This document shows positions 62,690 to 64,000 of a DNA stretch of 64,000 nucleotides, piece after piece. The stretch's first letter is position 1, and every line of letters begins with the position of its first letter. Source of the DNA: Candidatus Poribacteria bacterium (GTDB lineage Bacteria > Poribacteria > WGA-4E > JAJDTR01); assembly GCA_965204085.1 (NCBI GenBank), contig CBDBEE010000003.1, positions 1,068,173 through 1,132,172 of the forward strand, in the 5' to 3' direction. The notes beneath the pieces are model-generated. The model was not told the origin of the DNA and did not search any database. It saw only the letters and a list, made by a program, of their open reading frames with translations. The position numbers were made by a program, and so were the translations under genes.

Positions 62690-64000
62690 ATGCCAAATGA
62701 TTTCAAATCTCCCCCAGTTGTCACATGGCGTGCCGTGTTGATCGGTCTCTTGCTGATTCCCGTCAACTGTTTTTGGATTATCCAGATGGAAGTGGTGCGC
62801 TATTCTGGAATCCCGACCACAATCTCTCTTCTCTTCAACGCGGTTTTCTGTCTCTTCGTTCTCAGTCTGCTGAATTTGCTTGTCCACAAACTCAAACCCC
62901 GGTTTGCGTTTTCCCAAGCTGAGTTTCTAGCCGTCTACGTCATGATCTGTCTGGCGTCCGCCATCGCTGGACACGGTTTTATGCAGATGCTTGTCCCAAT
63001 CATGGCATACCCCTTCTGGTTTGCCACACCTGAAAACGAGTGGAGAGAGATTTTCTGGCGCTATATCCCGCGGTGGTTAACCATTGATGACATGAAAGCG
63101 CTGGAAGGATACTATGAAGGTGAATCGACCCTCTACACTCAGCTCCACTTGGTAGAATGGGGAATACCTGTCCTCGCTTGGACAGCGTTTATTTTTGCGC
63201 TTGTCTCCGTCATGTTGTGCATCAACATCATACTTCGCAAACAATGGGCGGAAACAGAAAAACTGGCGTATCCCGCCATACAACTTCCGCTAGAAATGAT
63301 GACCCAGCCCCGATCATTTCTAAAAAACAGAATGATGTGGGTGGGGTTTGCCATTGCTGGCGGATTTGATCTAATCAATGGACTTCACTACATCTTTCCT
63401 CAAGTGCCCTACATTCCCATAAAACGGCACAACTTGCACCACCTTTTCACGGAGGCGCCTTGGAATGCAATCTACCTGTTTCGTGTGTCATTTTATCCAT
63501 TTGCTATCGGTCTCAGCTATTTTATGCCGTTGGATGTCTCCTTCTCCTGCTGGTTTTTCTACCTGTTCTTCAAAGGTCAACAGGCGATGGCGAGTGGGTT
63601 GGGCCTCGGCGACGTGTATAGTCCGACAATGGACATGGCGACCGACGAACAATCATGGGGTGGTTATCCGGGAGTGCTTGTCGTCGTCCTGTGGATGGGA
63701 CGTAAACACATTTGGCGTGTTTTCAAAGCGGTTTTTGGCGCTAAGCCAGTGGATGATTCCAAAGAACCGGTGCGCTATAGGACCGCAGTGCTTTGGGGAT
63801 TGGCATCATTCGCTTTTCTGTTATTCTTCTGTCATCAAACCGGAATGGGTGTTTGGATTTGCGTCCTGTTTTTCCTGATTTACTTCGGGTTATCGACAGC
63901 CATTTCGAGAATACGCGCGGAAATCGGATCGCCGGTGCATGACATGCACTGGATGAGTTCGGATGAGATACTTTTTCGCAGTATTGGCACTAGAGCCCTC
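62690..64000 (+). CDS. Polytopic integral membrane protein of unknown function, 3'-truncated by the window edge; paralog of 1..1481
   Basis: I translated from ATG 62690 by eye and found no stop up to nt 64000 (MPNDFKSPPVVTWRAVLIGLLLIPVNCFWIIQMEVV...RIRAEIGSPVHDMHWMSSDEILFRSIGTRAL). It is absent from the ORF track because it has no stop. Collinear with 1..1481. Confidence 0.75.
   Translation, partial: MPNDFKSPPVVTWRAVLIGLLLIPVNCFWIIQMEVVRYSGIPTTISLLFNAVFCLFVLSLLNLLVHKLKPRFAFSQAEFLAVYVMICLASAIAGHGFMQMLVPIMAYPFWFATPENEWREIFWRYIPRWLTIDDMKALEGYYEGESTLYTQLHLVEWGIPVLAWTAFIFALVSVMLCINIILRKQWAETEKLAYPAIQLPLEMMTQPRSFLKNRMMWVGFAIAGGFDLINGLHYIFPQVPYIPIKRHNLHHLFTEAPWNAIYLFRVSFYPFAIGLSYFMPLDVSFSCWFFYLFFKGQQAMASGLGLGDVYSPTMDMATDEQSWGGYPGVLVVVLWMGRKHIWRVFKAVFGAKPVDDSKEPVRYRTAVLWGLASFAFLLFFCHQTGMGVWICVLFFLIYFGLSTAISRIRAEIGSPVHDMHWMSSDEILFRSIGTRAL

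Overview
This is a 64-kb chromosomal segment, roughly 50% GC by eye, from what looks like an uncultivated diderm (Gram-negative) bacterium. Supporting genes are LptD, SurA-like chaperones, a TonB-dependent receptor, Lgt and an FlgD/T9SS-like C-terminal sorting domain. I recognised no rRNA, tRNA, CRISPR array, integrase or prophage. Housekeeping blocks are mfd, three surA-like genes plus lptD, lgt, dprA, an acyl-CoA ligase, an assimilatory sulfite reductase, and Gfo/Idh/MocA and 2-hydroxyacid dehydrogenases. These alternate with accessory blocks. (1) 8.6-10.7 kb: an ECF sigma factor operon that also encodes a very divergent beta-sliding-clamp (DnaN-like) paralog and a translationally coupled, Cys-less anti-sigma-like 93-aa protein carrying a QLWLF clamp-binding-type motif. 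I consider this the best candidate for an undescribed system. (2) 17-27.5 kb: a probable metal-acquisition island. It holds a TonB-dependent receptor with an N-terminal repeat (propeller-like) domain, two paralogous Cys/His-rich membrane mini-proteins on a 561-bp duplicated leader cassette, two His-rich lipoproteins, a MerC-like permease, a MacB-type ABC pair and a DUF3299 protein. The island is split by a PIN-type gene pair and bracketed by inverted MITE copies. (3) 40.9-44.0 kb: a tightly packed four-gene membrane cassette of unknown function. (4) An LptD homolog with tandem parvulin (SurA-like) domains inserted between its N-terminal domain and barrel. Intergenic DNA is heavily colonised by at least four families of short MITE-like repeats, including a ~35-nt unit inserted at or near the hairpin centre of two other MITE families. 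Several genes look frameshifted or decayed, which could reflect real pseudogenisation or assembly indels. All family assignments come from reading motifs by eye; no database search was run.
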